Part shown: one piece after another, positions 1 through 12,470 of the stretch
Position numbering within the stretch: position 1 is the first letter of the stretch
Layout of the letters: the number at the start of each line of letters is the position of its first letter
NCBI GenBank assembly: GCA_028534125.1
Contig: CM052817.1
Span: forward strand, 2,544,001-2,608,000
Reading direction: 5' to 3'
DNA length: 64,000 nucleotides
Source of the DNA: Lama glama
Taxonomy: Eukaryota
The notes under the pieces: model-generated
What the model was told of the DNA's origin: nothing
The model's database searches: none
The model's input: the letters and a program-made list of their open reading frames with translations, nothing else
Made by a program: the position numbers and the translations under genes

Positions 1-1010
1 GATGCATTCTGTAAAACTTACAAGAAAGAAATATCAATATAACATGAATTCCTTCAGAAAATAAGAGGAGAAGGAAGGAATCTTTAAATTTTTTTTTCTC
101 TTTTGAGGCCAGCATTACCCTGATACCAAAACCAGACAAAGAAATTATGAGAAAAGAAAACCAGACCAGTACCTTCTATGAACATGAACCAGAACGTATC
201 TTTCCCAGAACAATATCTTTCATGATACTCAATAAAATATTAACAAATTGAATTCAACAATACATAAGAAGACCAACAGGATTTATCCCAGGAATGCAAG
301 GTTGGCTCAAGATTTGAAAATCAATCAAATGAAAAAAAGACATACATGTTGGAAAGGAAGAAATAAGCTGTATTTGCAGTAGCATGTCTGTCTATATAGA
401 AAATCATAAGAAATCTTCAAAAGTCTGCTAGACTTAATAACTGAATTATACAAGGTTGGACGATACAAGGTCAATGTACCAAAATCAATAATATTTCTCC
501 AAACTAGCAATGGCTTGGAAGTTGCCCCCTTTTTTTTTCAAAACTGGAAATTAAAAAAAAAAGCTTGGAGTAATATAAAGAAGTTAGGTGTAAATTTCAT
601 GAATGTTTATAAGACTTCTACATAAAGACTCAAAACATTTCTGGGTGCAATTACAGAAGATCTACATAAATGAAGAGATATACAGTGTTCATGGATTGGA
701 AGGTTCAATGTTGTTGAGATGACTCTTTTCCACCAATTGATTCCACCAGTTGAACGGGTTGGCAAACTATAACCCTCTAGCTGGCTGCCTGCTTTTGCAA
801 ATAAACTTTTATTGGCACATAGCCATGCCCAGTAGTTTATGTAATGTCTATGGATATTTTGAACTTCAATGGCAGAGCTGACTGCTTGTAATAAAGACTG
901 TCTGGTCCTCAAAGCCTAAATAAAGTGTTTACTCTCAGGCCCTTTAAGACAATTTGCCCACCCCTGAGCTATAGGTTTAGTGTAATCCCAATCAAAATGC
1001 CAAACTTTTT
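1..1010 (+). mobile_element. Old L1 (L1M-type) ORF2 fragment, interrupted by MER58A
   Basis: L1 ORF2 hallmarks: gccagcattaccctgataccaaaaccagacaaaga, ggatttatcccaggaatgcaaggttgg, tgttcatggattggaagg. L1 resumes after 966 with tataggtttagtgtaatcccaatcaaaat. Confidence 0.88.
755..966 (+). mobile_element. MER58A-like hAT-Charlie MITE nested in the L1
   Basis: Ends gggttggcaaact...tttgcccacccctg. Internal aaataaacttttattggcacatagccatgccc and aaagcctaaa...tttactctcaggcccttta match the recalled MER58A consensus. Confidence 0.85.
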
Positions 1011-1099
1011 TGTTTATTGTAGTATTGGTTCTACTTTGTCAGGGTTTGTAACACTCATGATTTCTACCATGATCCTAATATACCTATTTATTGAGTGAA

Positions 1100-1800
1100 T
1101 CAATGCTTACCTTCAACCTTTTGTTTAACTACAACTTTTCTAATCCTGAGATTTTTTAAATTTTATTCATATTTTATCAAATTACTTTTCCAAAATGGTG
1201 TATTTCCCATGAGAAGGGTCCTAAATGCCCTGTTTTCTGGATTCTTGCATGCTTGCACGTTGACATTGCCTATTTTTGCCTTTGCCCCCAGGGGCCACCC
1301 TGGCTGGGTGTGGAGTCCCTGGGTTGCATTTCTTTCTTTAGCTCCTTTTATCTTCAGTTGGCTGGACTTGGTCATGAAGTATTTTTTTCCAAGAGGGACT
1401 TTCGGCTGCTATTTGCCGTGAACAATCTCGTGCTTGAGAATCTCAGCTGGATGCCTTATCCTTGGGCTGCTTTTTTAAAATCTTACTTTTTCCTCCACAA
1501 GCTCTTTCATCCAGAAATATTTTTGTGGCATTGAAGGATGCTGCAGTCATTTGATAACAGTTTTGCCTGCCTGATCTAAGCATGCCCCTTTATCCTCCAA
1601 GTTCAATAATTTGACCAGGAGCACGTCAGTGTGGCCCACTGGCCATCACCTTGCCCTGGAAAATGATCAGCTGCTCAGTTTGCAAGTTTGCCTTTTCCTC
1701 CTTCCAGGGAAGGTTTCTCCTGTATGATCTCATGATCTTACAATCACGTGTCTAATTTCTGTTCCATCTCAGGGGTCACCTCCTCAGGGTCACCAGCTGG
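1100..1800 (-). mobile_element. Very old L1 (L1ME/HAL1-like) relic
   Basis: T-rich strand with degenerate resemblance to antisense L1 5'/ORF1 region. Confidence 0.4.
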
Positions 1801-4104
1801 TGGCCTGGTGGAATTGTTTTGCTCTTCCCTGATCCTCCCCCTGGTTGTTTCAACACCTTTGTCTTTCTGCTCTGATTCATTTGTTTGCCATTACTTAGTT
1901 TTGGCCATTTTGCCAAATCCATGTGACCCGTTAAAAAGGGGGAGCCCTGGGAGATTGTCTGTGTCTCTTGGGACCCTGAGCCCCTCACTCCCAAGGGTCT
2001 TCCTGGCCTTCCTCTGGGGTGTCTGCCCCTCTGCTTTGTCGCTGTCCTTCAGTGGGTGTGCTCAGAGTTTTGTCAGCCCACCTTCTCCCCTGCAAAGGGG
2101 CACCCGGGGGTCATGTCCCGATGCCAGGGCCCGTGTTTCCTTTGGTCTCTTCCACGAAATCAGACAGCAGGCTGTTGGACCCTATAAAGTAATTGCCTGG
2201 ACGTTGCCAACGAAATTCCACGAGCTTGTATGTGTTGTAATGTTCACTGCACTCCCTGGTTGGGAAGGGGAGCCCGGGCCCTCATCCCTCGCCGCCCCCT
2301 TTACTTGGGCGTCTAAAGGGCACTTGAGAACCGTCCCTTAGCAGCAGTGTGGACAACAGATGGCAGGGACAGTTGGATCAGCAGTGAGCCCAGTGAAATG
2401 AGGAGGCCATGGAGATGGAGAGTGGGGCTGGGGCCAGGAGGGCCTGGCGTGCTGTGTGTGACAGTTACCTGCCATCGTTCATGTCCTGTCTTGGGAACGT
2501 CTCCTTGGTTGTCTGGAGCCGTCCCTGCGATCTGTCACTTATTTAACTCTTCGCGTGTCTCTGTCCTATTTCCCAGCTGCACTGCCAGCCCCTGGTGGGC
2601 AGGACAGGCTCTCAGGCTCTGCTCTGCCTGCAGACCCCAGCCCAGGCCCTGTCACTGGTTAGCGTGGGCCAGGGACCCGGGTCTGGCTTTGCCTCCCATC
2701 TCAGACTGCGGAGCCGGTGCAGCCCTGGGAGGGGGCACTTCCCAGAAGCAGACGGTCTGTGAGCTTCTAATCAGGCCTCTTGCTGATGCCGGGGGCTCCT
2801 CCGTCCCCTTGGCCCTTGACCTCCAACTGCCTCCTTCCACTCTGCATTCCACATCGTAGGGAACTGTGCTCCCACAGGCAAGGGAGGGGGCAGAGCCTTC
2901 TTATGGGATGAGAAATCCTATAATCAATTCGGCATAAACTATGTACTTTCCATGTAAATTAATCTTGGATAGCTGTCGCAAGAACAATGACTCAGAACCG
3001 TAATTCCCGTGTTTGCCACATTAGGGTTCTCCCCCAACCTGCCCCAACCCTGCCCCCAGCACTTGCCCGGCACCTGGTCTGCCTCCTGCTCAGGTGCTAA
3101 GGATCGGAGATGTCAAACCAGGCTCCTGTCATCAATGGCACCGGCCCTGTGGTGACATGACTCTGAAGAGTGGTGGGTCCCGCCACTGAGCTGCACAGAG
3201 GGGCTGGGGACAAGGGGCGAGGCGGGGTGGCTGCCTCCTCGAGTTTGCACTGCCTTATGTCCCTTTGCCAGATGGTCCCATCCTGCCTGTTTCTGTGGGC
3301 AAGGATCTGACTTCCATGCCTGGTGTGGGGTGGGTGGGAAAGCTATGGTGCTACCAGCCCCACGGGGACAGAAGGACAGACGAGGGGAAGGGCCATCCGG
3401 GGAGTACACCAACCACCCAGAGTCCCTCTGGCCCGGCGCTCCGCGCTCTCACTATACAGGCATGGTGGCTGCAGAGAAACCCCACCTACTTCACCCTTTT
3501 GCGAAAGTTTTCATCTCTCCGCAGCTTGGTGGGGACCTCCAGGTCAGGGCCCGCATGTGTCCTGCTGTGTCTCCAGCACCCAGTGCAGGAGGGCATGGCA
3601 AACCCTAGCTCATCCATCAGTTAGTGCTCCGTTCTCACTGGTACTAACCCCGCAGTGCGGTGAGGACGAGGCTGAGGTTCTCAGCTGAGAGGAGGACCGG
3701 GAACGTGGGGAAGGGGCAGTTCTGGGGCCACCGCTCCCCACCCAATGCTGCTGGGTGTAAATCACTTCCCGAGCCTCGGATTTTCTCAGTTGTCCAATAG
3801 AGACAATTCTAAAATGCGCCTCATCGAGGGCAAACTTACTAACTCCTGCGAAGGATGTTGATCATTCTGAGGCTTCAGTTAGATCAGCCACCTGAGTTCG
3901 CTACAGACACACCTGGTTTCAGCCATTCGTGAAGTCAGTGCTTCATGCCGAGTGCCTACGATTCAAGCAGCGTCCAAGTGCCAGGCTGAGGGCTCAAGGA
4001 GGGCTGACCCCTGGACCTGGCGTCTGGCTCTGGGGGATGGCCTTGGGGGACTATGTCTGAGACATCCTTCTCTTGGGGGCCAGGTGCCGGGCCAGCCTCA
4101 GTAT

Positions 4105-4480
4105 CTCCTGTATCAGCTTTCTGGTACCACAGACAGGGGTGGGGGACTTCAAACAGCAGACGGGTAGCTTATCGGGGCTCTGCAGGCCAGCAGTTCAAAA
4201 TCAAGGTGTGAGTAGGGTCGTGATCCCTCAGGAGCCTCCAGGGGAGGTGGCTCCAGGAGTCCCTGGGTTCGTGGCCGAGTCTCTCCAGTGTATTCTCCGT
4301 CCTCACGTGGCCCTCCCCCAGCTCCCTGGGTATCTTTCTCTGTCTCTTATACAGGCACCAGTCATTAGACCCAGGGTCCACCCTAACCCCATCCTTACCT
4401 CTGTTTCATCCGCGAAGACCCCGTTTCCAACTAAAGTCACATTCTGAGATTCCGGGTGGACATGAGTTTTGGGGACATGA
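4105..4480 (-). mobile_element. MLT1 (MaLR) solo LTR, MLT1B/C-like
   Basis: aaaatcaaggtgtgagtagggtcgtg...aggcaccagtcattag...gcgaagaccccgtttccaactaaagtcacattctgag...gagttttggggaca. Confidence 0.8.
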
Positions 4481-4909
4481 CTCATGCACTGTATCTCCTG
4501 ATACTCACCACTGGCCACAAGAGCATCCCCACCGCCCTCCTTCCTGCTCTCAGAGGTTAAGGCACCACCTTCGGCCTGGGGAAGCCTGGTCCCGCCTGCC
4601 CAGCGCCACACGCATCCCAGGGCTGGGCTCCAGCTCTGCCCTTTTCTGGGCTGTGGGACGTGTCCCACATCATGCCGGGCACCGAGCGTGCCCTGAGACC
4701 ACAGGTTTAGGGCGACGGGGACCACGTCCACCCCAGGGCCCAGTGTGAACTGTGCAGGACTCGTGGGGCGACCTCTGGCCGTCAGCATGACCCCAATTCC
4801 AGCAGCCCAGGGAGAGAGGTCTGTGGGGCAGAGCCCTGTGGGGAGGAGGGCCAGGGCACTGGCTCCCAGCATCCCTCCACCCGGGGTCCCCTTCTCCATC
4901 TGCAGGAGC

Positions 4910-5251
4910 ATCTTAGTCTGGACTGCTGCCACAAAACACCATGGACTGGGGGCTTAAGCCACGGAAATGTGTCCTCGCACACACGAGTAGGCTGGAAGCC
5001 CAAGATCAGGGTGCCGGCAGGCGCAGGTTCTGCTGAGAGCCTCTTTTGGGTTTGTGGCCGGCGCCCTCTCACTGTGTGCTCACATGGTGGGGACAGAGGG
5101 AGACCTCTGGTGTCCCTTCTTGTGAGACTGCCAATCCTACCATATCAGGCCCCCCGAGGACCCCTAAACCTTAACGACCTCTGAAGTAGCATCACATTGT
5201 GGGGTAGGATCTCATATATGAATTTGCGGGGGGACCATTTAGTCCGCAGCA
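4910..5251 (-). mobile_element. MLT1A-like solo LTR
   Basis: tcttagtctggactgctgccacaaaacaccatggactgg...gaagcccaagatcagggtgccggca...catcacattgtggggtagg...atatgaatttgcggggggaccatttagtccgcagca. Confidence 0.85.
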
Positions 5252-6221
5252 GGGGCCAGTTCTGAGGTCTCGGACAGCCCTTTGCAGGAGTGGGGGAGGG
5301 GGTCAGAGACTGATGACAGCACCCCGGTCTGGGGAGTGCCGGGTGCCCAAAGCCCGCTCCGCCTCCTGTGCCCGCCTGACGGGTGTGCCCCGTCCGAGGA
5401 GCCCCTTTGCTGCTTCACCTCCATTTCTTTGCAGCCATTGGGAACAGGCCAGGGGTCACAGCCTGGGGAGGGTGTCCTTGGCTCCTGGCCCTGGGGTCCT
5501 GGATCACGCTCGACACTTGGCCATATTGCTCCCTTGCTCTCCCTGAGAAACGGGGTGGCCTTCTGGGCCCCCAAGGCAGCCGGGAGATGCCCCCCGCCGC
5601 CTACAGTCCCCATGAGACCTAACTGCTGGTGCCGGCTTGGAAGGACCCAGCCACGTCCCGCGCACAGACGCGGGCGGCAGGGCGGCCTCCCCGACCTGTC
5701 GCCGGTAACCGGAGGCGCGTCAGCCTGTGCTAAGCGGAGCCCCACGGAGAGGCGCGGGCAGGAGAAAGCGGGGAGGGGGGTGCCGGCCCAGGACCGAGGC
5801 CCCCTCCGGGCCTGCAGCTCCGTGCTGGCTCGCGCCGCCGGCAGAAACGTGGCCCGCCCCTACCTGCTGCGGCAGCCTTCTCAGACCCTCCTGCCAGCTC
5901 GAAGCGTTTCACGTGCCCTCCTGTGCCTCGGCTGCGGCTGTGCGCACCAAAGGGAGCAGAAGGAAGCCTCTCCACAGCCCGCTTCCCTCGCGTGCCTGTC
6001 CCCCACCCCAGGACCAGAGCCACCCACCCACGGCCCTGGCAGAATAATCGGAAGCCTCCCACCACTTGCCATGTCCCCGTTCGGCATCTCGTTTCACTCC
6101 TGCAGCCCCCAGTGAGGAGAAGAGTCCTTCTGCTTTCTTCTGACCAGTAGACTGAAGCTCAGAGAGGTTAGGCCAGTCACTCAAGGTCACACAGTGGGTA
6201 GAGCTTTGAAGCAAGACCAGA

Positions 6222-6640
6222 TTGTGAGTTTCTTCCTTGGGGCTGCCACAAAAAAAGGACCACAGACTGGGGCTGGAAAACAGTGGAAGTGTCTCAGTCT
6301 CCTGAAGGCCAGAAGTCTGAGATCAAGGAGTCGGCAGGGTCGTGTTTGTTCTGAGACTCGGGGTAGAACCCTTCCTTGCAGGTTCTGGCTCCCGGTGGCT
6401 GCCGGTATCCTTGGCTCCTTGACTTGAAGCCGCATCGGTCCAGGCCCTGCCTCTGTCTTCACACGGTCACCTCCCTGTGTGGGTCTGTGTCCAAGTCTCC
6501 CTCTTCTTACAAGGACACCAGTCTTTGGTTTAGGGCCCACTGAACCCCGGGTGGCCTCACCTTAGTTACATCTGCCAGGACCGCATCTCCAAGTAAGGCC
6601 ACATTCACAACTACCAGGGTTCGGACTGGAACAGACCTCA
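6222..6640 (-). mobile_element. MLT1B-like solo LTR
   Basis: gggctgccacaaaa...gaagtctgagatcaaggagtcggcagggtc...cttacaaggacaccagtc...tagggcccac...acatctgccaggacc...taaggccacattcaca. Confidence 0.85.
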
Positions 6641-9600
6641 GAACCCACTCACTGGGAAAGTCGCCTTAACTTTCTGCCCTTCCTCCTTAAAGCTGCCTGG
6701 TGGAGGTCACCACTTCCTTCCCTAGTCCCGACTGTGGGCCCAGGAGGACATGGTGGGTGACATCTGGCATGGCCATCAGGACACCCTCTCTGGGGTCTGC
6801 CCCTCGTGTCATATGCAAGGTGGGTGGCAGGGGTCCCTGTGAGCCACAGAATCACAGGCCAGGGGTTAAGTGGCTGCCCCCAGGCACATGAGTGCTTGGT
6901 GGTGGGCCAGACAGGAACAGGGGTCAGCTGACCCGAAACCCAGAGCTCTTTCCAGAAGCAAATTCGGCAGAAAGCTGCCCAATCCTGGGCAATGATTTCA
7001 GAAGCCACTAGAAGCTTCTGGTTGGCCGAGATTCTGTTAGTGAGTTTTCCCAGGTGGGCAGCCCCAGTTCCCTCCGTGCAGTCCGGGAGAGGCTGGGTGG
7101 GGCACCGCTGGAGCGGGGCTTGGGGGCGGAGGAACGCCTGCTTGGCCCAAGGAGGGGACGCGTGGGGCGGCAGCTTTCAGCTCAGCAAGGCGGACATTTC
7201 AACAAGCAGAGGTATCTAGGGATGGGCATCCCTTGCAGAGTGGCGAGCTCCCTGCCACTGGAGACACCCACGCAGGACGCCCATCGACTCTCTGGGGTGC
7301 CCTGGAGCAGGTTGTTTGGATTAGGTATTCCGTGGCATCCCTGGCAGGCTGACGGCTGGCTCTCTGTGAAGCCTGGGGGTGCTGAGACGCAGGCTGGGGT
7401 GAGCTAGGGGACAAGCCCTCACTCCTCAACTCTGGGCCCTCCCCCAGGGCTCACTGGGGTAGCCCCGAGCCCCGGGCCAGGTGCTCACACAGGTGAGACA
7501 GGCCACCTCCTGGTGCCCACACATCAGCACAAGGCCTGGGGGACCAGGTGTTGCCAGCAGTCTGCGCCTTACGGAATGAGAATAAAATCAGATTAGCACA
7601 CACCTCCCTTTGTGCGGGAATGATGCATGGAGCCCGAGGCCGGCTGACTTAGTGTGCGGGAAGACGCCGGGAGGAGGGTCCTGTGTGGGGTGCCGCAGCT
7701 GGTCCTGAGCAGCTAGGGAGGCGGCTGGAAGAATCAGAAGATGGTGAACCCCAAGAAAGGACCTGCTAGGCCGCCAAGGGCCCCCAACCCCATAAGGCCT
7801 TGTAGGACCTGTGCAGCCCCCTCTTCCTGTCCCCTCCAGACGTGGCCCCTGGAGGAGCCCACATCCTGGTCCTCACGGCCTCTCTGCTGCGGGTCCCAGG
7901 CCGGGGCTGTGTGGAGCCCAGCGCCTCCCCCTGCCAGGCCTGAGGGCTGGGTACGGGGTCTCCATGATGAGCTGACCGACGCTACGGTGAGTCTGCAGTG
8001 ACGGCGAGTCTGTAGTCTGTCTGTCTGTGTCTGTCTCTCCTGCTGTGTCTCTGTGTCCATCTGTCAGCAAGCACCTACCTTTGCCTCATTCTAGAAAGAA
8101 TATGCGAGCAAGCAAACAAAGCCGCATAACATAGACAGGTAAGAGAATTGTGGAGAGAATGGGGGGACAGGGAAATAGGATGGGGGAAACACATGCCTGA
8201 CTAGCTCCCTTTGGCGTGGACCCCAGCCAGAAGGAGCCTGGAAGATACCTGTGGGTCTCCCGCGGCCAAGGCAATGAATGCACGAGAAACCCCGCCGCCC
8301 GGCGCAGGGGCTGCACGGCCCCTCCCAACCCGGACCCTCAGTCGGGGGCGGGGGCGCAGAAAGAGGCCCCTGAGGGGCAGAGGACCCCTTGGTGCTCACC
8401 GGGGCAGGGAACTCCCTGGACCTGGGGTGTGCTGGTCAGCTCAGCTCCACCGAGGAGCACGGTGCCTGGCAGGAACCAGCACACTTCTCTGCCTGCTGGG
8501 GTCGGAGGCTGGTGTCCACGTGGCAGAGGGAGCAGGACATCTCACGGGGAAGGAAGCACATGCGGGGAGGGGGCGGGGGTGTGTCCCAGGGGCCACGAGC
8601 TGGCCTGCAGACACACGTGTGGCTCTCCGGTTGAGGTCCACCTCCAGGGGGACGAAGGCCAGTGGCTCCCTTCCAGTACAGCCAGGCCCCAGCTCAGCTG
8701 GGAGGCTCCCGCAGACGGGCCGGGCTCCCTGCTTCTCCCAGCCGACGCTTGATGCCCTGGGGACGGGACATGCGGACACTGAGTTTTCCCCGTGTAACTC
8801 CCAGGACAGCCCTTGGCCAGGGGCATGCGTCCCAGCATCAGTCCCGCTGTGCAGGTGAGGAAGCTGAGGCACAGAGCAACCAGGCCTCGGGCCCCAGCTC
8901 GTACCTGAAGAAGCGGCGTCCTGGCCAGCCTGCCTCCCGAGCCTGCCTGGGGCCCTCTCTCATCGTCATTCTGTGAAGATGGTACGTTCCAGGGAAACAG
9001 AACAAAGGAACCCAGCGGAGATGAGAAGCTGAGATGGGAGGAGATGGAGGGAGTCGGAGCTCTCCGCCCACATCCCCCTGCCAGGCTTGCAGGCCACTTC
9101 AGGACACCCAGCCCAACCTGGGTGGGAGGGGGCCCCGCCGAGTTTTTGGAGCCAGAGGGCCATGACTGGAGGGGGTCTTCCTGGAAACCAGCTGCCAGCA
9201 TCTGACCCCCTTCTGCCCATTCCCAGGCTCCAGGCTGCCACGCACCCCACTCCCAGTGGAAGGAAGGGCTCTGCTCAGGGGATAGCTATTATCCCATCCA
9301 GGGAGCACTCAGACTGTCCCTCGTCTGCCTCGGTGACCAGCACGCCAGATCGTCCACTCAGGAGCCCCTTGAAAGACTACCGTCCCTCGTCCCCACAATG
9401 AGTCCATCCTACACCCCGAGAACCCACTGATCCCCTGGAACAACATATCACTTAGACTCTGCCAAGAGCAATGTGGCTGATCCATCCGCAGGGCCGAACT
9501 TGCCTCAAGGCCCAGCTGCAAATGCCCCCTCCTCCAGGAAGCCCCCCTGGTCCTCCCAGCTAGCGGGAGCCCCTCTCCTCCAAGGACCCACAGCCTTGAT

Positions 9601-10099
9601 CGCAGCTGCCCACCCTTTGTCACGTGGCTTCAGCCCCAGATCGTCCCCCTCGTGCTTGGGTCAGATCCCCAGCGACCATGAGCAGCAGAGGACGGGCAGC
9701 TGTCTCACCCTTGACTGTCTCCCCGGGCGGCAGAAGGGGCTGGAGCGTGGTCAGCAGCTACCAGGTGCCCCCTGAGCGGGAGCCAGGTGACATCGCACTT
9801 GCAGGGACTCGGGCGTAAGATTTCAAATAGTGGGGAGATTCTACCCTGTAACTGTTTTCTTTATGCTCACCCAGACAGCAAAACAAAAGAACCAGCAGAG
9901 GGTGAAAATGAACCAAAAACCCAGTCAACAGCCCCCCCAGCAGCCACCCTGCAGGGTGGGGCTGTGACCCCGCATGTCCCGGGGCCAAGCTGCCAGGCAG
10001 CGTTCCAGGGCTGCCACCGAGTCTGGCCACAGTGGCCTCTGGCCTGGGAGGGGCCCTTCACCAGGTGTCTCTAAGCCCTCAGCCTCCCCCTGGGGAGCG

Positions 10100-10910
10100 A
10101 GGCTCTCCTTTTTCCGCGTGATTGAGGTGTGGTGGGTACCCCAAGACCACACGTACGGACAGCAGACATTTTGGTGGGCTTGACACGTGTGTGCACTCCT
10201 GACACCATTGCCATCAAGGTAGCAAACACCCATCACCCCCCAAATCTGCCTCGTGTCTCTTTGTTCTTGATTTGGGGGTTTGCCCTTTGCCATAAAAACA
10301 TGAACCATGACACCCACCCTCGGAACAAACGTTTAGGCGCACAAGAGCATGTGACTTAGTGGAGGCACAATGCGGCGTGGCTGATCACTGGCGAGGTCTG
10401 GGCACCGACGCCCCGCACCCTGGGCTGGACGCTCTCTGTCCCCGTCCCCTCCCTGAAAGCCTCCGCTCTGTGGTTTGCGTCTCTGAGTCTGAACGTCCTA
10501 GATTCCTCGTGTAAGTGGAACCGTGCAGCCACTGTCCTACGACTGGCTTACTTCGCTCAGCAGAATGTCTTCCAGACTCACGCATGGTGTCCCAGATGAT
10601 GAGATGTCCTTCTTTTTTAAGGCAGAATAATACGCCATCGTGTGCAGAGCGCAGTCGCTGCCCCCTCAGGTCGCGCAGAAGTGCTGTTTCCTGGTCCTGA
10701 CCGCCGTGGATGATGGTGCAGGGAGGGTGGGCGTGCGGGCCTCTCTTTGGAGCCCTGCTTTCGGCTGTTTCGGCTTACACCCGCAAGTGGTGCTGCTGGG
10801 TCCCGTGGCAGTTCTGTCGTCCTGTCTGTAAAGGACCGCCACGCTGTTCTGCAAGGCGGCCGCGCCCCTTCCGTTCTTGCCAGCGACGCGCGAGGGCACC
10901 GACTCACGTG
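10100..10910 (-). mobile_element. Old L1 3' end (L1MB/MC-like), strongly GC-shifted
   Basis: Antisense L1 3' motifs: tagattcctcgtgtaagtggaaccgtgcag, gactggcttacttcgctcagcagaatg, tccttcttttttaaggcagaataatacgccatcgtgtg, tacacccgcaagtggtgctgctgggtc. Confidence 0.8.
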
Positions 10911-11540
10911 AGAGCTGCTCTCGCCCCCAGTGAGGCGCTGCCCGGGGCCGCGGCTGCGGGCGTGGGGAGCTGGCTTCTGTGCCCCGGGCTCCTCCGTTGT
11001 CCCCTCCCCAGACCTGGGGCTGCGACCTGGGCCGGGAACGGAGCCGTGTGTGGCGCGGGGTCCCTGTGTCCGGAGGAGAAGCAGGAGGGGTGGGCACGGG
11101 AGGCTCTCTGGCGCCCGGGACCCTGCTTGGGGCCGAGGGGGTGGTCCACAGACCAAATGGCCACAAGCACTGGTCATTTTCCTTCCTGCCCCGCCCCGCC
11201 CATCTCTCGCTCTTCTCCAGGGTAAAGTGACAACGTTCTCCAAAGTCTTGACCTGGAGTTAGGCAGAGAACCCTCTAACGTGGGCTTTCCTGCCTCCCCA
11301 CCTCGCCGCCCCCTCGCCACCCCCCACCAGCCCCCTGATTTGGGAGACGGCAGCTCAGAGGCCTGGCTTGTTGACAAGTGACTTCTCTGGCCAAGCTCAG
11401 GACACGCCAGACAAAACTCCCTCATCTCAAGGTTCCAGAGTGAGGGCCGGAAGCCAGAGGGCATCTCAGGAACTTGGGGCGAGCGCTGGGGTCTCGGGGA
11501 AAGAGCCTGTCCTTAACGTCTCATCAGGCAGCTCTCTCAC

Positions 11541-11541
<1 letters not shown>

Positions 11542-11593
<52 letters not shown>
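11542..11593. repeat. (AC)26 microsatellite
   Basis: Perfect 52-nt dinucleotide run. Confidence 0.98.
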
Positions 11594-11595
<2 letters not shown>

Positions 11596-11859
11596 TTACT
11601 TCTTTCAAGACAATTATTTTAAGGAAAGCTCTGTCGATAAGAAATGACGGTGCAGCGTGATTTGACTAAACGGGACGAGATCACACGAAGGTCTCCCTCC
11701 CCTGCCCCCCGGCCTGGCCCACGTCTCCGAGGTGCCGGGACGCCCTGGGAATCGGCTGCCCTGGGAACCCCCGAGCGCCGGCTTTTGAAGGTTAATGCAG
11801 ACGTGTCTCGAACTCGCCTCCCCCACCCCGAGCGCGGCCAAGCCAGTCTCCTCCTCAGA

Positions 11860-12470
11860 AGGAGGAATTCGATCAAATGTTAATCCTCTCCACATGTAGA
11901 ACATCCCAGATAGCCCCGAGCTCACAGTGCCTTTTGAACTTGTGAACAGAAATTGATTCAAGGTGACGAATTTGTAATCAGTTTATGATTGATGGACCGC
12001 GTTTCCAGAAAGGCAGCTCCGTGTCCCTTCCTCCTTCCCGGGAAGCAAATGTGTTTCACTTTATCTTCCCCCATCCCGGGACCCGGAGGACCAGGAGAAA
12101 GAAAATAAAGTCAACTGCAATATTTAACTTGTATTAGAACAGATGCCACTTAATTAAGGGATCAGTGGAAAGGAAGTGCTAACACAGGGCTTGGGGGGTG
12201 CCCCCCGTCTGCACAGAGGGCGGATCGGATGTTAAACTATTAGTGTGATTAGGTGAATAATGACTTTGGAGCTAATTTCGCTGGATTGGAAAGAGAGCAG
12301 GACAGGGCAAAAACAGAAACATGTGTGTGAATATTCTAATTTCAAAGGGTAATTGCAGAGGGCCTGTCCAGGCTGGCCCCACCCCTTTCTTTCTTCCCTT
12401 CTTTTCCTGTCTTTCTTTAATCGAAACTGCCTTGAAATGACTTTGAGTTCAGCCATAGCAAAGTTCAGCG
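11860..12470. promoter_or_regulatory. Candidate conserved enhancer, probable orthologue of the distal HMX1 ear/pinna enhancer (ECR)
   Basis: Repeat-free, relatively AT-rich island ~50 kb 3' of CPZ. Motifs: Pbx-Hox TGATTGATGG (11986-11995), TAATCA (11975-11980), CACTTAATTAAG (12147-12158), TCF/LEF TTCAAAG (12341-12347). Position matches known CPZ-HMX1 synteny. Not aligned. Confidence 0.65.

Noticed and set aside
7741..7992. ATG in good Kozak context (aagATGG) with an open frame reaching a consensus donor ACG|gtgagt
   Set aside because: Peptide MVNPKKGPARPP... resembles nothing I know and no downstream exon could be identified. Would need RNA-seq support.
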